Positions 39,950 through 52,998 of a stretch of 64,000 nucleotides of DNA are shown in pieces. The DNA is from Octopus sinensis (taxonomy: Eukaryota). Both the position numbers and the translations under genes were made by a program. The stretch is from contig NC_042997.1 of the NCBI RefSeq assembly GCF_006345805.1, positions 25,296,001 to 25,360,000 of the forward strand. Reading direction: 5' to 3'. The notes under the pieces are model-generated. The model was not told the origin of the DNA. It made no database searches and saw only the letters and a program-made list of their open reading frames with translations. Numbering within the stretch: position 1 is the first letter of the stretch; each line of letters opens with the position of its first letter.

Positions 39950-40399
39950 TACTGTTGCTATCATCATCGTTACTGCTGTTATAATATTTTTTTTTTCTGT
40001 TTCGTAAGCTTGTGTTGTTGTTGTTGTTGTTATAGTTGTCTGCGTGAGGTATGTTGTGGTTGTCATTGTTGTTGTTGTTGTTGTTATTGCCACTATTGTT
40101 GTCATCAACACCGCTATTGTTATTTTGCTGTATGTTTGTGCTGTTGCTGTTGTTGTATTGTCCTAACCTCCATCTTAATTTTAAGAACGTTTTTTTTTTT
40201 CAATTTTTCTGACCTTTTTATATGTAGGGAATTTTGGTGGTAACTCTAAAGCATGTATTTCATCTGTATCTAGCTGTACTGCACCATATATTCCAGAGGT
40301 ATATTTGTTGTTGTTATTGTTGTTGTTGATGGTGGTATTGTTTTCCAGTGTCCTGGTCTCAAATTCCTCTGGTAGTTTACCTTCTGACATGACAATCCC

Positions 40400-40834
40400 A
40401 TCGATATTGTTTGGGTATTTACTCTCTTTTACTCTTTTACTTGTTTCAGTCATTTGACTGCGTCCATGCTGGAGCATCACCTTTAGTCGAGCAAATCGAC
40501 CCCGGGACTTATTCTTTGTAAGCCCAGTACTTATTCTATCGGTCTCTTTTTGCCGAACCGCTAAGTGACGGGGACGTAAACACACCAGCATCGGTTGTCA
40601 AGCGATGGTGGGGGGACAAACACAGACACACAAACATATACATACACATACATATATATATACATATATACGACAGGCTTCTTTCAGTTTCCGTCTACCA
40701 AATCCACTCACAAGGCATTGGTCGGCCCGAGGCTATAGCAGAAGACAATTGCCCAAGATGCCACGCAGTGGGACTGAACCCGGAACCGTGTGGTTGGTAA
40801 GCAAGCTACTTACCACACAGCCACTCCTGCGCCT
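40400..40834 (-). mobile_element. SINE family B, full length, nested in the PLE
   Basis: Reverse complement homologous to 25579-25989. Confidence 0.9.
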
Positions 40835-41572
40835 CAATATTTGTATTGATTCTTACTATTGATTCTTACTATACTGGGATTGTTGTTGTTGCTGTTTCAT
40901 CCACTTGTGTTTATTGTTGAAGTGTTTGTTACAGGCATGGTTAACTCGGCAGTATTCTTGTTGGATGTTTGTCATGAATCTGTCTCTTTCATGTGGAGTA
41001 GTGGTGTTTTTTTATAGTCCATGCAACAGGACTCTCTTTCGTTTCTGGTACTGGTTGATTTTCTGTGTATATTTTCTTTTTGATGCTTTGTAACATCGTA
41101 TGTTTTAGTTTTCTTTCTTGATGTTCTGTGAGTCCTAACCGCTTGGCAGCTGAATTGACAGATTTTGTGTATAGCTTGGGGGAGATGCATGTTTTAAGGA
41201 AGTGGAGCTGTCGGGTGGATATCTTCATTTTTAGACAGCAGAACACGGTGTTTCTCAACGTCTTGCTAGCTTGGCCAAAGCTTATTATATTTCGTTTATG
41301 GATTTGGTTTACAAGTTTCTTTATGTGAATTCGTGTATTGAAGCATATTCTGTTGTGTCTGGGGTGAGTCATTTTCTTTTTGTGCATTATAATTTAACAC
41401 ACTCACCGGTTAAATTTCCACTTATTTCTTATTTTTATTTTCCTAAAATTTTCGCTGCGTCTTGCAACCGTTTCAATAGTCTTGACGCTGTCCGTTATTT
41501 ACACTGCGTTTCTTTTTGTTTGCTTGTGCCCATGTGTGTGCCTATGCATGCAAGCATGTATGTATGTGTGTA

Positions 41573-41606
<34 letters not shown>

Positions 41607-42940
41607 CGTGCCTGCATATGTATATATGAATGTATGTGTGTGCCTCTGTACGTATGCATTCTGCATATTCATGTGTTTACGTCTCCGTGTTTGTGTGATT
41701 TTATGTGTGTGTGTGTGTGTGCGTGCATTTGTATATGTATGCACCTCTGCCTCCTTGTGTGTGCATGTCTGAGTGTGTGTGTGTGTGTGTGTGTGTGTTT
41801 TGCAACTATGTACCGTGTTTGTATGTATGGATGTGCATCTCCATATGTGTGGACACGTGTCTCCATATGTGTCCTTGTGTGGAGTAAAGTGTGTGTGTAT
41901 ATATATGATCATGTGTTTCAGTCTCCATTTGCGTATGTGTGCTTGTCTGTTCTCATAACCTATGTACATATCCATCTGTACGTTGATCTGTTTATTTTCA
42001 TCCTGTTTGTATTTTCTCATTATACTCCAGTTTGGCTGAGTAACATTGCAAGCAAGATTCACACTGACTTTTAATGTGTTATAGATATTTCTGTTCATAC
42101 CATTTATTGTGCCCGTGTAATCGGGCTTTATTTTATTTGTCTTTCTTTACCTTTATACTCTATCACTTTCTGACGCTCGGTTTTGTCTCACTTTATCATC
42201 AAACCATCAACCCCACTACCACCACTCTACCGACAGCTTCTTTAGATATATCACATCACATTTAATGTATATGTAGCGTTAAGTTGTCTCTTGACCTCTC
42301 CCTTTACATTATTAATTTTATAGTAATTTTCTCGTTATTTCTTTTTTGTTTTCTCTTTGTCTTTCTCTACTTTAATTTCTCTTTTCGTATTTACTTTCTT
42401 TCTCTGTATTTTCTTTTCCTTTCTTTCATTCCAATATTTCTTTTAATGTTAGTGTTTTATTATTTGTTTACGTATTTAAATTTCAACTACAACTTTTGAA
42501 TTTCCAATTTAATTTTAATTTCAAATTCATCTCCCTCGTCTGTTTTGCATACTTCTATTATATTCCTTATAATTATTTACAATTACCATTTCTTGGTATT
42601 GTCTATTCTACTCTGAATATTTTGTCACCCACTCTTACAAAGAGTTTTACGATTGTTTATAATCATTTCTCTACTGTGAAACCCACTAGCAGCCAATTTT
42701 ATACCGTTATTTTTCTTTTAAATTAGTTACCTAATCAGACTTAAACGCTTATTCATTGAACCAGAATTATATATAAATATATATAAATATACGCACAATT
42801 TATATAACTTCATTGTTCTGAATTATCATGGCTGTATGACGAAAGATCATGCGAAAGTCTCGAAAACAGTTCTTGAAGTTTTCTAGGTTTAGAAACACAC
42901 ACACACACACACCACACACACACACACACACACCACACAC

Positions 42941-42973
<33 letters not shown>

Positions 42974-43010
42974 TACACACACACATACACACGCACATAC
43001 ACACACACAT

Positions 43011-43051
<41 letters not shown>

Positions 43052-43721
43052 TAAAATCTACTTCCCGTAGATCAAATGATCAAAGTCTCATATAGCTGGT
43101 TTCCTATATATATGCATTGAACCCAGTTTTATAATAAATTTATTTCTGTTTCAAAATCTTCTCTCCATTTTTTCATACTTGTTTATAGTATATTCTTATA
43201 CTTATAAAGAATCTCCTCAAAAATAATTTTCATATTCTTATTACCTGTTTCGTCTGATTTTCATTAATATGACGAATCCTTATTAGATATCACTTTTTCT
43301 CTGTTTTTTCTTGCCCCAAAATGTTTGAACTGTTCTTTTTGAACTTATCTTCTGGTACTCGACTGATGAAAGAAAGCCAAGAATGACCCGTCTTTTTTTG
43401 CCTGTCCTTCTAATTGTTGTTTCTCTTGTCCGCCTTTGTATCGTCTATCTGTCCGAACGTTTTAATGCCCTCTATTGCGTTTTTGTTCCATTGTTGTATA
43501 TATATATATATACAAGAAAAAAGCAACAAAAATGGATCAATATTTCGGTACAATTGTTTCGTACGAAAACCAACTTTATTAAGGCTGCAAATATTGCAGC
43601 AAATACAATATAATCACCCCGCATTATCTTATGGTTAATACCATATAGATTTCTGGTGCATCTAAGTTAAGTACCGCATTCATGTGAATTCAACAGAACT
43701 CACTTGAATCTTAATTGCTTT

Positions 43722-44151
<430 letters not shown>

Positions 44152-44881
44152 TTTCTTCAAATTTCGTGAATATTTCATAACATCATTTCAGAATGCAGGC
44201 ACTTTTCTGCAAGTTGATCATAGGTCTCTCAGTTCCAATTTCTTCAGACTCATACACAATAGTTCGGGAGATGCATTTTGTTTGATGAATACAGTGCAAT
44301 ATTTTTTTTATGGATTTCGAGCTAAAATGTTATATGAGGGCAATTAACTGTTCAAAAATTAGGGTCATAATCTCATAAATGCTCTAGTGCAAATTCACAG
44401 GAAACATTGTTTGTGTGTGTGTGTATGTGTGTGTGTGTGTGTGTGTTGTGTGTGTGTGTGTGTGTCTGTGTGTGTGTGTCTGTGTGTGTGTGTGTGTGTG
44501 TATGTGTCCTTCCGCCCAATTGTCTGTTCGTGTGTACGTGTATGTTTATATTTATGAGTTTAGAATTTTTATCAATGTTAAAATAGTTGTTTCTAAAATG
44601 GAGGCGCGCGAAGCAGTGGTGTATGCGAGCGTGTCAAATGCGATTGAAGACACCTATGATTCATTCATCACTGCTTAGCGTACCTCTGATTGTTTAACTT
44701 CAGTTTGACAAAACTTTTTTTCTACCTTCAACATTCTCCTCGTAATCATAATGACGTCACAACCGGTTGAAGGTAAGATAAGTTGCTTTGCATTATTTAG
44801 CTTCCTTTTTTCAAGTTTCGAAATAGTACATGTGTATATATGTATATGTCAAATGAGATGTAATTACTTAGCTTCCTTTAA

Positions 44882-45515
44882 GGCGGCGAGCTGGCAGAAA
44901 CGTTAGCACGCTGGGCGAAATGCTTAGCGGAATTTCGTCTGCCGTTACGTTCTGAGTTCAAATTCCGCCGAGGTCGACTTTGCCTTTCCTCCTTTCGGCG
45001 TCGATAAATCAAGTACCATTACGCACTGGGGGTCGATGTAATCGACTTAATCCGTTTCTCCTTGTTTGTCCCCTCTATGTTTAGCCCCTTGTGGGCAATA
45101 ATGAAATAAGAAACGTTAGCACGCCGGGTGAAATGCTTAGCGGTATTTCGTCTGCCGTTACGTTCTGAGTTCAAATTCCGCCGAGGTCGACTTTGCCTTT
45201 CATCCTTTCGAGATCGATTAAATAAGTACCACTTACGCACTGGGGTCGATATAATCGACTTAATCCGTTTGTCCTTGTTTGTCCCCTCTATGTTTAGCCC
45301 CTTGTGGGCAATAATGAAATAAGAAACGTTAGCACGCCAGGTGAAATGCTTAGCGGTATTTCGTTTGCCGCTATGTTCTGAGTTCAAATTCCACCGAGGT
45401 CGACTTTGCCTTTCATCCTTTCGGGGTCAATAAATTAAGTACCAGTTGCGTACTAGGGTCGATATAATCGACTGGCTCTCTCTCCCCCAAAATTTCAGGC
45501 CTTGTGCCTTGAGTA
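44882..45515 (+). mobile_element. SINE family A tandem trimer
   Basis: Units 1 and 2 end in the Tx1-like tail, each followed by AGAAACGTTAGCACG. Unit 3 ends in the alternative GGCCTTGTGCC tail. Confidence 0.92.
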
Positions 45516-45810
45516 CTCCTTACTCTCTTACTTCAGAATCTGTTGAACTAGATTTTTGTCATTTGTGCTTCTGATATCGATGAAACTAACTATTCGTTGA
45601 GTACTGACTTTGAAATCATCGCCTTCTCCAATATTTCAAGAAGAAAGACTCACTATTTTCATCTTAAATGCGATGGTTAGTCGGAAAATGACTTTGCCAC
45701 TTTTTTTTTCGCACCTCTTACTATATACTGGAGAGAATTATAACTCATCCTTTCAGGATCGATAAAAGAAAATATCAGTCGAGTATTAAAGTCAGTTTAC
45801 TCAGCACTGT

Positions 45811-46191
45811 GGAGGCGCAATGGCCCAGTGGTTAGGGCGGCGGACTCGCGGTCATAGGATCGCGGTTTCGATTCCCAGACCGGGCGTTGTGAGTGTTTAT
45901 TGAGCGAAAACACCTAAAGCTCCACGAGGCTCCTGCAGGGGATGGTGGTGATCCCTGCTGTACTCTTTCACCACAACTTTCTCTCACTCTTACTTCCTGT
46001 TTCTGTTGTACCTGTATTTCAAAGGGCCGGCCTTGTCACTCTCTGTGTCACGCTGAATCTCCCCGAGAACTACGTTATGGGTACACGTGTCTGTGGAGTG
46101 CTCAGCCACTTACACGTTAATTTCATGAGTAGGCTGTTCTGTTGATTCGGTTCAACCGGAATCCTCGTCGTCGTAACCGACGGAGTGCTTC
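45811..46191 (+). mobile_element. SINE family C with 12-bp TSD
   Basis: TSD ACTCAGCACTGT (45799-45810, 46192-46203). Confidence 0.93.
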
Positions 46192-46407
46192 ACTCAGCAC
46201 TGTGTTAGTCTACCTCACATTTGTGACGTTATTCTTATGTTGGGAACCATAGTTATTATGTTGATAAGCGATATATAATATCTATCAAGTCCCTCGACAT
46301 CCTTCACCATGATGACGATGAAGATGATAATGATGATGATGATGATGATGATGATCATCATCATCATCGTCGTCGTCGTCTTCGTCGTAGCCGGCATCGA
46401 CGTAGTT

Positions 46408-46440
<33 letters not shown>

Positions 46441-47649
46441 GTCAATATCATTTAATTGCTACAATCATCAATAATTGCATAGTTTCAGCGTGTCTCTTCA
46501 AGAGCGCACACGTGAATCTGTCTGCGGCTTTAGCCATAATAATGCTGAACAACATTTGCCTGTCACACAGATGATGTATTTCCCGCTGGATGCATGTTCT
46601 GTCACGTGTTCAGTAACAGCACTTGTGTTCGACAGTTGCAAATAACTCTGGAACAGCTTGTTTCTTTGTCACCTTGAGGCCAAAAACTAAGAAAGGCTAA
46701 GAAAAGAAAATAGAAAATAAAAATGTAATGCAATAATAAAACATGCAAAATAAAATTAGCATATCCTATTGCCTTTTCTCTTTTTATATTCCCATAATTG
46801 CTAATTATTCTTGTTGTTATTATTATTGTGGTTTCCTTTATTGCTGTGTATGTGTTGCGGTTTATGTTTACAACCTTATAATTAATTAATGTGTGTATCA
46901 TCAACACCTTAATTTCTCTCAAGTGTTTTGTTCCTCCTTCTCTTCTTCCTCACACCTCTCCTTTTTCAATGGAATTTGTTTTATTATTATTGAATATTTA
47001 TTACAAATGCATTCCGGATAGAGATATCGTAGTCATTAAAAGGACAATGCACTGTTACATTCATTTTTATTTTATTATTTTTATCATTTGAAATATTTTG
47101 TTTTATATAAGCACAAAGCCAGATATTCCGAGTGAAGGTTTAGTTGATTAAATTGTTTCTCAATACACGACTGGAACTTTATTTTATTGAATCCGAAAAT
47201 ATAAAATATAAATTTGACCTTGATGACACTAGAAATTAGAATGTGAAAAGCTAAAAGAAATAGCACAAATTATTTTTCCGACGCTCTAAACACGCGATTA
47301 ATCCACTGACCTTTGCACGTCTTTGATTATAACAGTACGCTACATTATTGTGAGTGTTTAACTTTAGATCCATTTTGATCGTGTAATACCTATGGTCAAA
47401 TCCATTGCGGCCATTAGAATCCTCATATTTAAATGTCTTGGTATTTTTACTGCATTGCACTACCTTAAGTATTTTTCCACTTCTAAAGAGGGCAGGAGTT
47501 CGTTTAAGAAAAGTTTGGTTGCTATTTCTACTAGCATACAAAACTTGTTGGCTTGTACATTAGGTTGGTTTAGGTTTTTAGCCATTGATTAGTTTTGAAA
47601 CAGCTGAAATATGATCAAAGTCAGTTCACTTATCTGCATTTCTTAATCC

Positions 47650-47867
47650 AGGCATAATGTCTCTAGCAAGATATTTAGCTGCATCAGGCAGTGCGACTGA
47701 GGCTCAAGAATTCAGCATTTTGGAGTATACATTATGTACATATGACGGATGTTTGTCCTCATCTTGTTTGTTGTTAAAACAACGTTTAAGCTGATATACA
47801 CTCCAGCCTTCATCAGATGTTTTGGGGAAATTTCGAACCTGGGTTCTCATTCTTAAGGTATTTTTCG

Positions 47868-47924
<57 letters not shown>

Positions 47925-48144
47925 TCGAAAAATACCTTAGGAAGGAGAAACCAGATTCAAAATTTCCCCGTAGACACCTAATGAAGGCTGGAGGGTATAT
48001 CAGCTGAAACATTGTTTTAACAACAAACAAGATGAGGACAAATATCCATCATATGTAAATAATGTATACTCCAAAATGCTGAGTTCTTGAGCTTCAGTCG
48101 CACTGCCTGATGCAGCTTAATATCTTGCTAGAGGCATTGTGCCT
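47650..48144. mobile_element. ~220-bp inverted repeat pair of Penelope-type pLTRs around (TAA)n
   Basis: Arms 47650-47869 and 47924-48144; each has a CT(G/A)ATGA-AGGCTG..CAGCT-(T/G)AAAC hammerhead-like motif. Confidence 0.8.
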
Positions 48145-48639
48145 TTCGGTTGAGCAGCATGGGCCACTGGATTATCCAACCCACTTGAGGGCCTTGCAAA
48201 ATCGACATTTACAGACATATCTCTTGTAACAGTCTCTCGATGAGTGGCGTAATCCTCGGCAGTATCATAGTTGAGTGCCTTTGATGCCCATCGACTACTC
48301 GATGGCTTCCAGTAGCCATGGGCAAGAGCCTTCCGGTGAACATTAGATCAACGTCTCATCATCCGATGGTTATCGTCATCTGCCAACCTCACAGCAGAAG
48401 TGGATGCAGCGTTGCGTGCCCGACGGATAGCACTCTCCTCTGGGGATTCTTTGTCCCTCGTAGCAGAAGGGATGCAGAGTTGCGTGCCCGACGGATAGCA
48501 CTATTTTGTGGGGTTGCTGCAGCCCTTGCGTCAGCAGCATGCTCTCGATAGCTTTCACGCAGCACTGGAGTAGTTGCAGCTTTCCTTAGCCAATCAGCGC
48601 TGCTGCCTTGTCGTTGCAGATGACTTTTTTAGGTGCCAT
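48145..48639 (-). pseudogene. Helitron Rep/Hel N-terminal remnant
   Basis: MAPKK.. then repeated (N/E)SAIRRARN units, then ALNYDTAEDY..DMSV/KCRFCKALKWVG*SSGPCCS, the CxxCxAxKW..CC motif of animal Helitron Rep. Splice-acceptor-like TTTTACAG just upstream of the ATG. Confidence 0.75.
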
Positions 48640-49218
48640 GCTTGTATTATCTGTAAAAGGAAAATATATTTTACTGTACTAAGTGATTATCGATTCTGTT
48701 ATAAGCTAACAAAAGCCCCTCTATTCTGTCTTTCCACACAGCCTGCACACAAAATAACAGCGAATGCCGCATAAATTGAAATTGGTATGACGCTTTCTGA
48801 AAGATACGTATAGCTTTTGTTATGGATAGCAAAACACTTATTTAAAGATTGATTCTTTAAGACGAATCATATGTGATCGTTTTAAATACAGGCTAGAACC
48901 TCAATGCTAAAACGTATCTGAAACAATGGACAACACACGAAATATCACAATGGATAGGTGAATAAACATGCTTAAAGTGAAACAACTCATTGGTAGGTAA
49001 AAAAGGTATAACAAATAGAAGAGAGGAAATGGAAGATCACCTTTCAAGTAATTCAGAATAGGTAAAGGTAAGCTTGCCCAAGTTTAATGCAGCTTAGATA
49101 TTGAGATGAAGATTGTTTGGTATTGGATATTCATCGCGTACAGTGTTCCTAGTCAATTTAATCACAGTAAAAAAAAATTCTCTAATGCCAATATACGATG
49201 ATATAGAAAAAGAATAGT

Positions 49219-49344
49219 ATGGAAGACCCTTCATACAAAAAACTATGTACAATGTACAATGGAAGACCCTTCATACAAAAAACTATGTACAATGTACAAT
49301 GGAAGACCCTTCATACAAAAAACTATGTACAATGTACAATGGAA
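49219..49344. repeat. 40-bp minisatellite, 3 perfect copies
   Basis: GGAAGACCCTTCATACAAAAAACTATGTACAATGTACAAT x3. Confidence 0.97.
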
Positions 49345-49932
49345 AATCTTTTAAATTAACATATACATTTATTTACATGAAAGAAAATTACCTGAGACAT
49401 GGGTTGTGCTAAAAATAATAGCTAAATAAGATTTTTTGGATAAATTTTCAAATTAACATAAACATTTATTTCCATGAAAACAAACTGACAGCTTCTAAAT
49501 CCTGTTTCCTGACTGGGTCACTGCGCAAAAGCCGACCTCTGTAATATCAAATTGCATCCTTTTTACGTTTTGAGTTCGAATCTCACAGCAGAGACTGATA
49601 TTATCGTTTCAAAGTTTCAGCATTTTTTTTTGCCAATTAACCTCAGTGCATATCTTCCTTTCCATGGACTCTGAAACTGGTGGGAGGGGAGATATTTTCA
49701 GACCACAGACCCAGTCCGAATTCTTGCAAAAGAGTGAGCTTCATCAATGGCAAGTTGCCAGTCAGATGAAGACTTCAAACGGAGCAACAAATTAAGTCTA
49801 GCGCTGCGGTACCCCAACGAACAATTAGCAAAGAAGTGGAACAAATACAGCAAAGGATCCGGTTTGATGTTTTTTACAGTTTAGCCAATCCACTGCCCTA
49901 GATTAAGGTTAACACATTTTTACTGACCCAAG

Positions 49933-50319
49933 GTGGAGGCTCAATGGCCCAGTGGTTAGAGCAGCGGACTCGCGGTCGTAGGATCGCGGTTTCGATTCCC
50001 AGACCGGGCGTTGTGAGTGTTTATTGAGCGAAAACACCTAAAAGCTCCACGAGGCTCCGGCAGGGGATGGTGGTGATCCCTGCTGTACTCTTTCACCACA
50101 ACACTCTCTCTCTCTTACTTCCTGTTTCTGTTGTACCTGTATTTCAAAGGGCCGGCCTTGTCACTCTCTGCGTCACGCTGAATATCCCCGAGAACTACGT
50201 TAAGGGTACACGTGTCTGTGGAGTGCTCAGCCACTTACACGTTAATTTCACGAGCAGGCTGTTCCGTTGATTCGGATCAACCGGAACCCTCGTCGTCGAA
50301 ACCGACGGAGTGCTTCCAC
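49933..50319 (+). mobile_element. SINE family C with 11-bp TSD
   Basis: TSD ACTGACCCAAG (49922-49932, 50320-50330). Confidence 0.93.
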
Positions 50320-51224
50320 ACTGACCCAAGAAGAAAGGAAAACACGTCTTGAACAAAGAGGATAAAGAGTCAGAAAAAATATTGGGAAGTTATCTGTCCT
50401 TGCTCAAACGATTCTACAATTTTACAACAAAAAAAAAATAAATAAAAGCGATGAAGTAAGTACCAGTTATTTACCAGGGTCAACCAACAGCTTCCTTACC
50501 ACAAATTCCAGCTCTTGTGTTTCTATTGGAAAACATCATTTTTATTGTTTTCGTTCTTATTATAATTATGGTCACTCTAATCTATCTCTGTCCTACTATT
50601 CGCCATAATTCCCATCTTTCTCATCCTATTATCATTATTTCTTATAATTGGCATTTACCTGAAGCTGAAATTTTATTGTTGATGAGAATTCTGAATGTCA
50701 AAACAGATTATATCCGATTTTCTTCTCGTCGTACTGAAAACAAATAAATAAATAAATAAACAAATATAAAATAAATGAAACTATAATAAAACAATACAGA
50801 CATTTTAGTATTGTTTACTCGTGCTAATTATATTATATCACATTGAGAGTATATTTGAGGATCACCGCAATGTTTCAAGGGAATTGTGCCTGGTTTTCCA
50901 ACACTGATCAATTATGTTGGCATAAATTCTAATATAATTATCAGAAATTGCATTTTTCCAGTGCAGGCTTTGCTGTACAGTGAAGAAGCGTACTTTGAAG
51001 ATATGCTGTTTGGAGTTCGAATCTCATGCAGAAAATACTTGTTAGTATTTTATGCTATGACATTGGTTAGTAAATAAATTTTTCGTCAGTGAGGATAATG
51101 GAGGAACTTGGCAGTTACTGCTAATAAAATAATTAAAAATACGTGATACGAAATTTGTAGTATTTTTATATCAGAAGGCTGTCTTGTTCGTATAACTCTC
51201 TCACTTTCTCGCACTCTCTGTCGT

Positions 51225-51316
<92 letters not shown>

Positions 51317-51344
51317 GTATATATATATATGTATATAATATATG

Positions 51345-51378
<34 letters not shown>

Positions 51379-51777
51379 ACATACGGACACACATATATTC
51401 ACACACGCGCACACATACGCAAACTGATGTATACCTATATGTATAATGAGTTTGTGTGTGTGTGTGTGTTGAGGGAGAAGATATTTGTGCAAGAGTAAAA
51501 TAGATAAGGACCGGATTAACGTTTAAGACTGATGGAAATCATAAACTCCAACTAGTAAGGTTGTTCAGGATGACAAATCTTGACGAGTAGAAACACAAAG
51601 CTCGAGTTTATAATTAAGATGGGGAAGCAATGAGAGATTGAAAAGATTTATATGTGATGTTATTATATATGTTTTAAATTGTAAATACATATTCACAGCT
51701 ATTTAAAAAATTCAGCGAATGAGGAGTTGTACATAATGAGATATTACACAAAGCATAAAGGAAAAAAAAAAAATTTT

Positions 51778-52380
51778 TTCTACTCTAGGCACAAAGCCCG
51801 AAATATTTGGTGAGGGGGGCTAGTCGATTAGATCGACCCCAGTACGAAAGTGGTACTTAATTTATCGATCCCTGGATTGATCAAAAGGAAAAGTCGACCT
51901 CGGCGGAATTTGAACTCAGAACATAAAGACAGACGAAATACCGCTAAGCATTTCCCCCTGTGCGCTAACGTTTCTTATTTCTTTATTATCCACAAGGGGC
52001 TAAACACAGAGGGGACAAACAAGTACAGAGAAACGTATTAAGTCGATTACATCGACCCCAGCGCGAAACTGGTACTTAATTTAGCAACCCCGAAAGGATG
52101 AAAGGCAAAGACGACCTCGGCGTAATTTGAACTCAGAACAAAATACCTATTTTTTTTACTACCCACAAGGGGCTAAACACAGAGGGGATGAACAAGGACA
52201 GACAAACGGATTAGGTCGATTATATCGAACCCAGTGCGTAACTGGTACTTATTTAATCGACCCCGAAAGGATGAAAGGCAAAGTCAACCTCGGCGGAATT
52301 TGAACTCAGAACGTAGCGGCAGACGAAATACCACTAAGCATTTCGCACGGCGTGCTAACGTTTCTGCCAGCTCGCCGCCT
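51778..52380 (-). mobile_element. SINE family A tandem trimer
   Basis: Two Tx1-like tails with junctions at GTATTT.. (~52146) and AGAAACGTTAGC (~51975); the last unit has the alternative tail. Confidence 0.9.
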
Positions 52381-52770
52381 TATAGAGTAAAAAATATTAT
52401 CAACTCGCAGGAACGTGATTCACTTGAGAATCTTCATACGACAGATCTCGAATATTCTCTTCAGAAGGGTGAATGGCAAACGCGATGACAGGAATGTAAT
52501 CAGGATAAAAGCTAACATCAATGAAATGTATGGTTGAACCGACGCTTTTGAAGGGTGCCACGCAGTGGAACTGAACCTGAGCCTATCTACTCCTAATTTT
52601 TGCAGCAGTATTTGGATAGCCACATTATAATTCTTGTTCTTTTTCACTGCGTATATCACGGTATACCGTGTATACCGTGAAATACACATTCAGGGGACTT
52701 GACTGCTGTTTCTCGCGTTTCCGACGACAATACATTAGATCCTTCTTTAGTTTGTTTCAGTGCAGAGCTA

Positions 52771-52834
52771 AGGCGGCAAGTTGACAGAATCTGTAGCACG
52801 CCTGGCGAAATGCGTAGCCGTATTTCGTCTGCCG
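52771..52834 (+). mobile_element. 5' part of a SINE family A copy interrupted by the LINE
   Basis: GGCGGCAAGTTGACAGAATCTGTAGCACGCCTGGCGAAATGCGTAGCCGTATTTCGTCTGCCG. Confidence 0.88.
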
Positions 52835-52998
52835 CGCATGTGTTCGTGAAGTAAGAATTGCTGTTTCGTGGTGTTAATATTGTTAACAACTGTTGTTTCT
52901 TGTTAAACTGTTGAATAACTTAACTGTTGGAGTTTTCAATTGAAAACACTTAGTGCTTGTGGTAGCACGCGTTGTTCATTCCCCCTTTGGGGGGAAGA

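Larger units (their letters stand above)
36590..41880 (-). mobile_element. Penelope-like element (Neptune-type features), decayed, with direct pseudo-LTRs and two nested SINEs
   Basis: ~500-bp direct repeats 36590-37087 and 41350-41879. ORF start at 41372 (MTHPRHNRICF..RQLHFLKTC); PTDKSGRL; KLYMQVQGAAIG..GDVAGLFM; YSRYVGDI; LPVLD; VMFVEATAHGELA..IKVVEK; CRTRNVVYSIRC. Confidence 0.85.

Noticed and set aside
45811-45885. tRNA-like sequence (also 39614, 49933, 25579)
   Set aside because: SINE heads continuing into SINE bodies, several with TSDs; not tRNA genes.
49219-49344. Regular 40-bp repeats as a possible CRISPR array
   Set aside because: No spacers, no cas genes, eukaryotic context; a plain minisatellite.
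50990-51040. Resemblance of YFEDMLFG..RKYLL to a fatty acyl-CoA reductase C-terminus
   Set aside because: Too short and gapped; no other FAR motifs seen.
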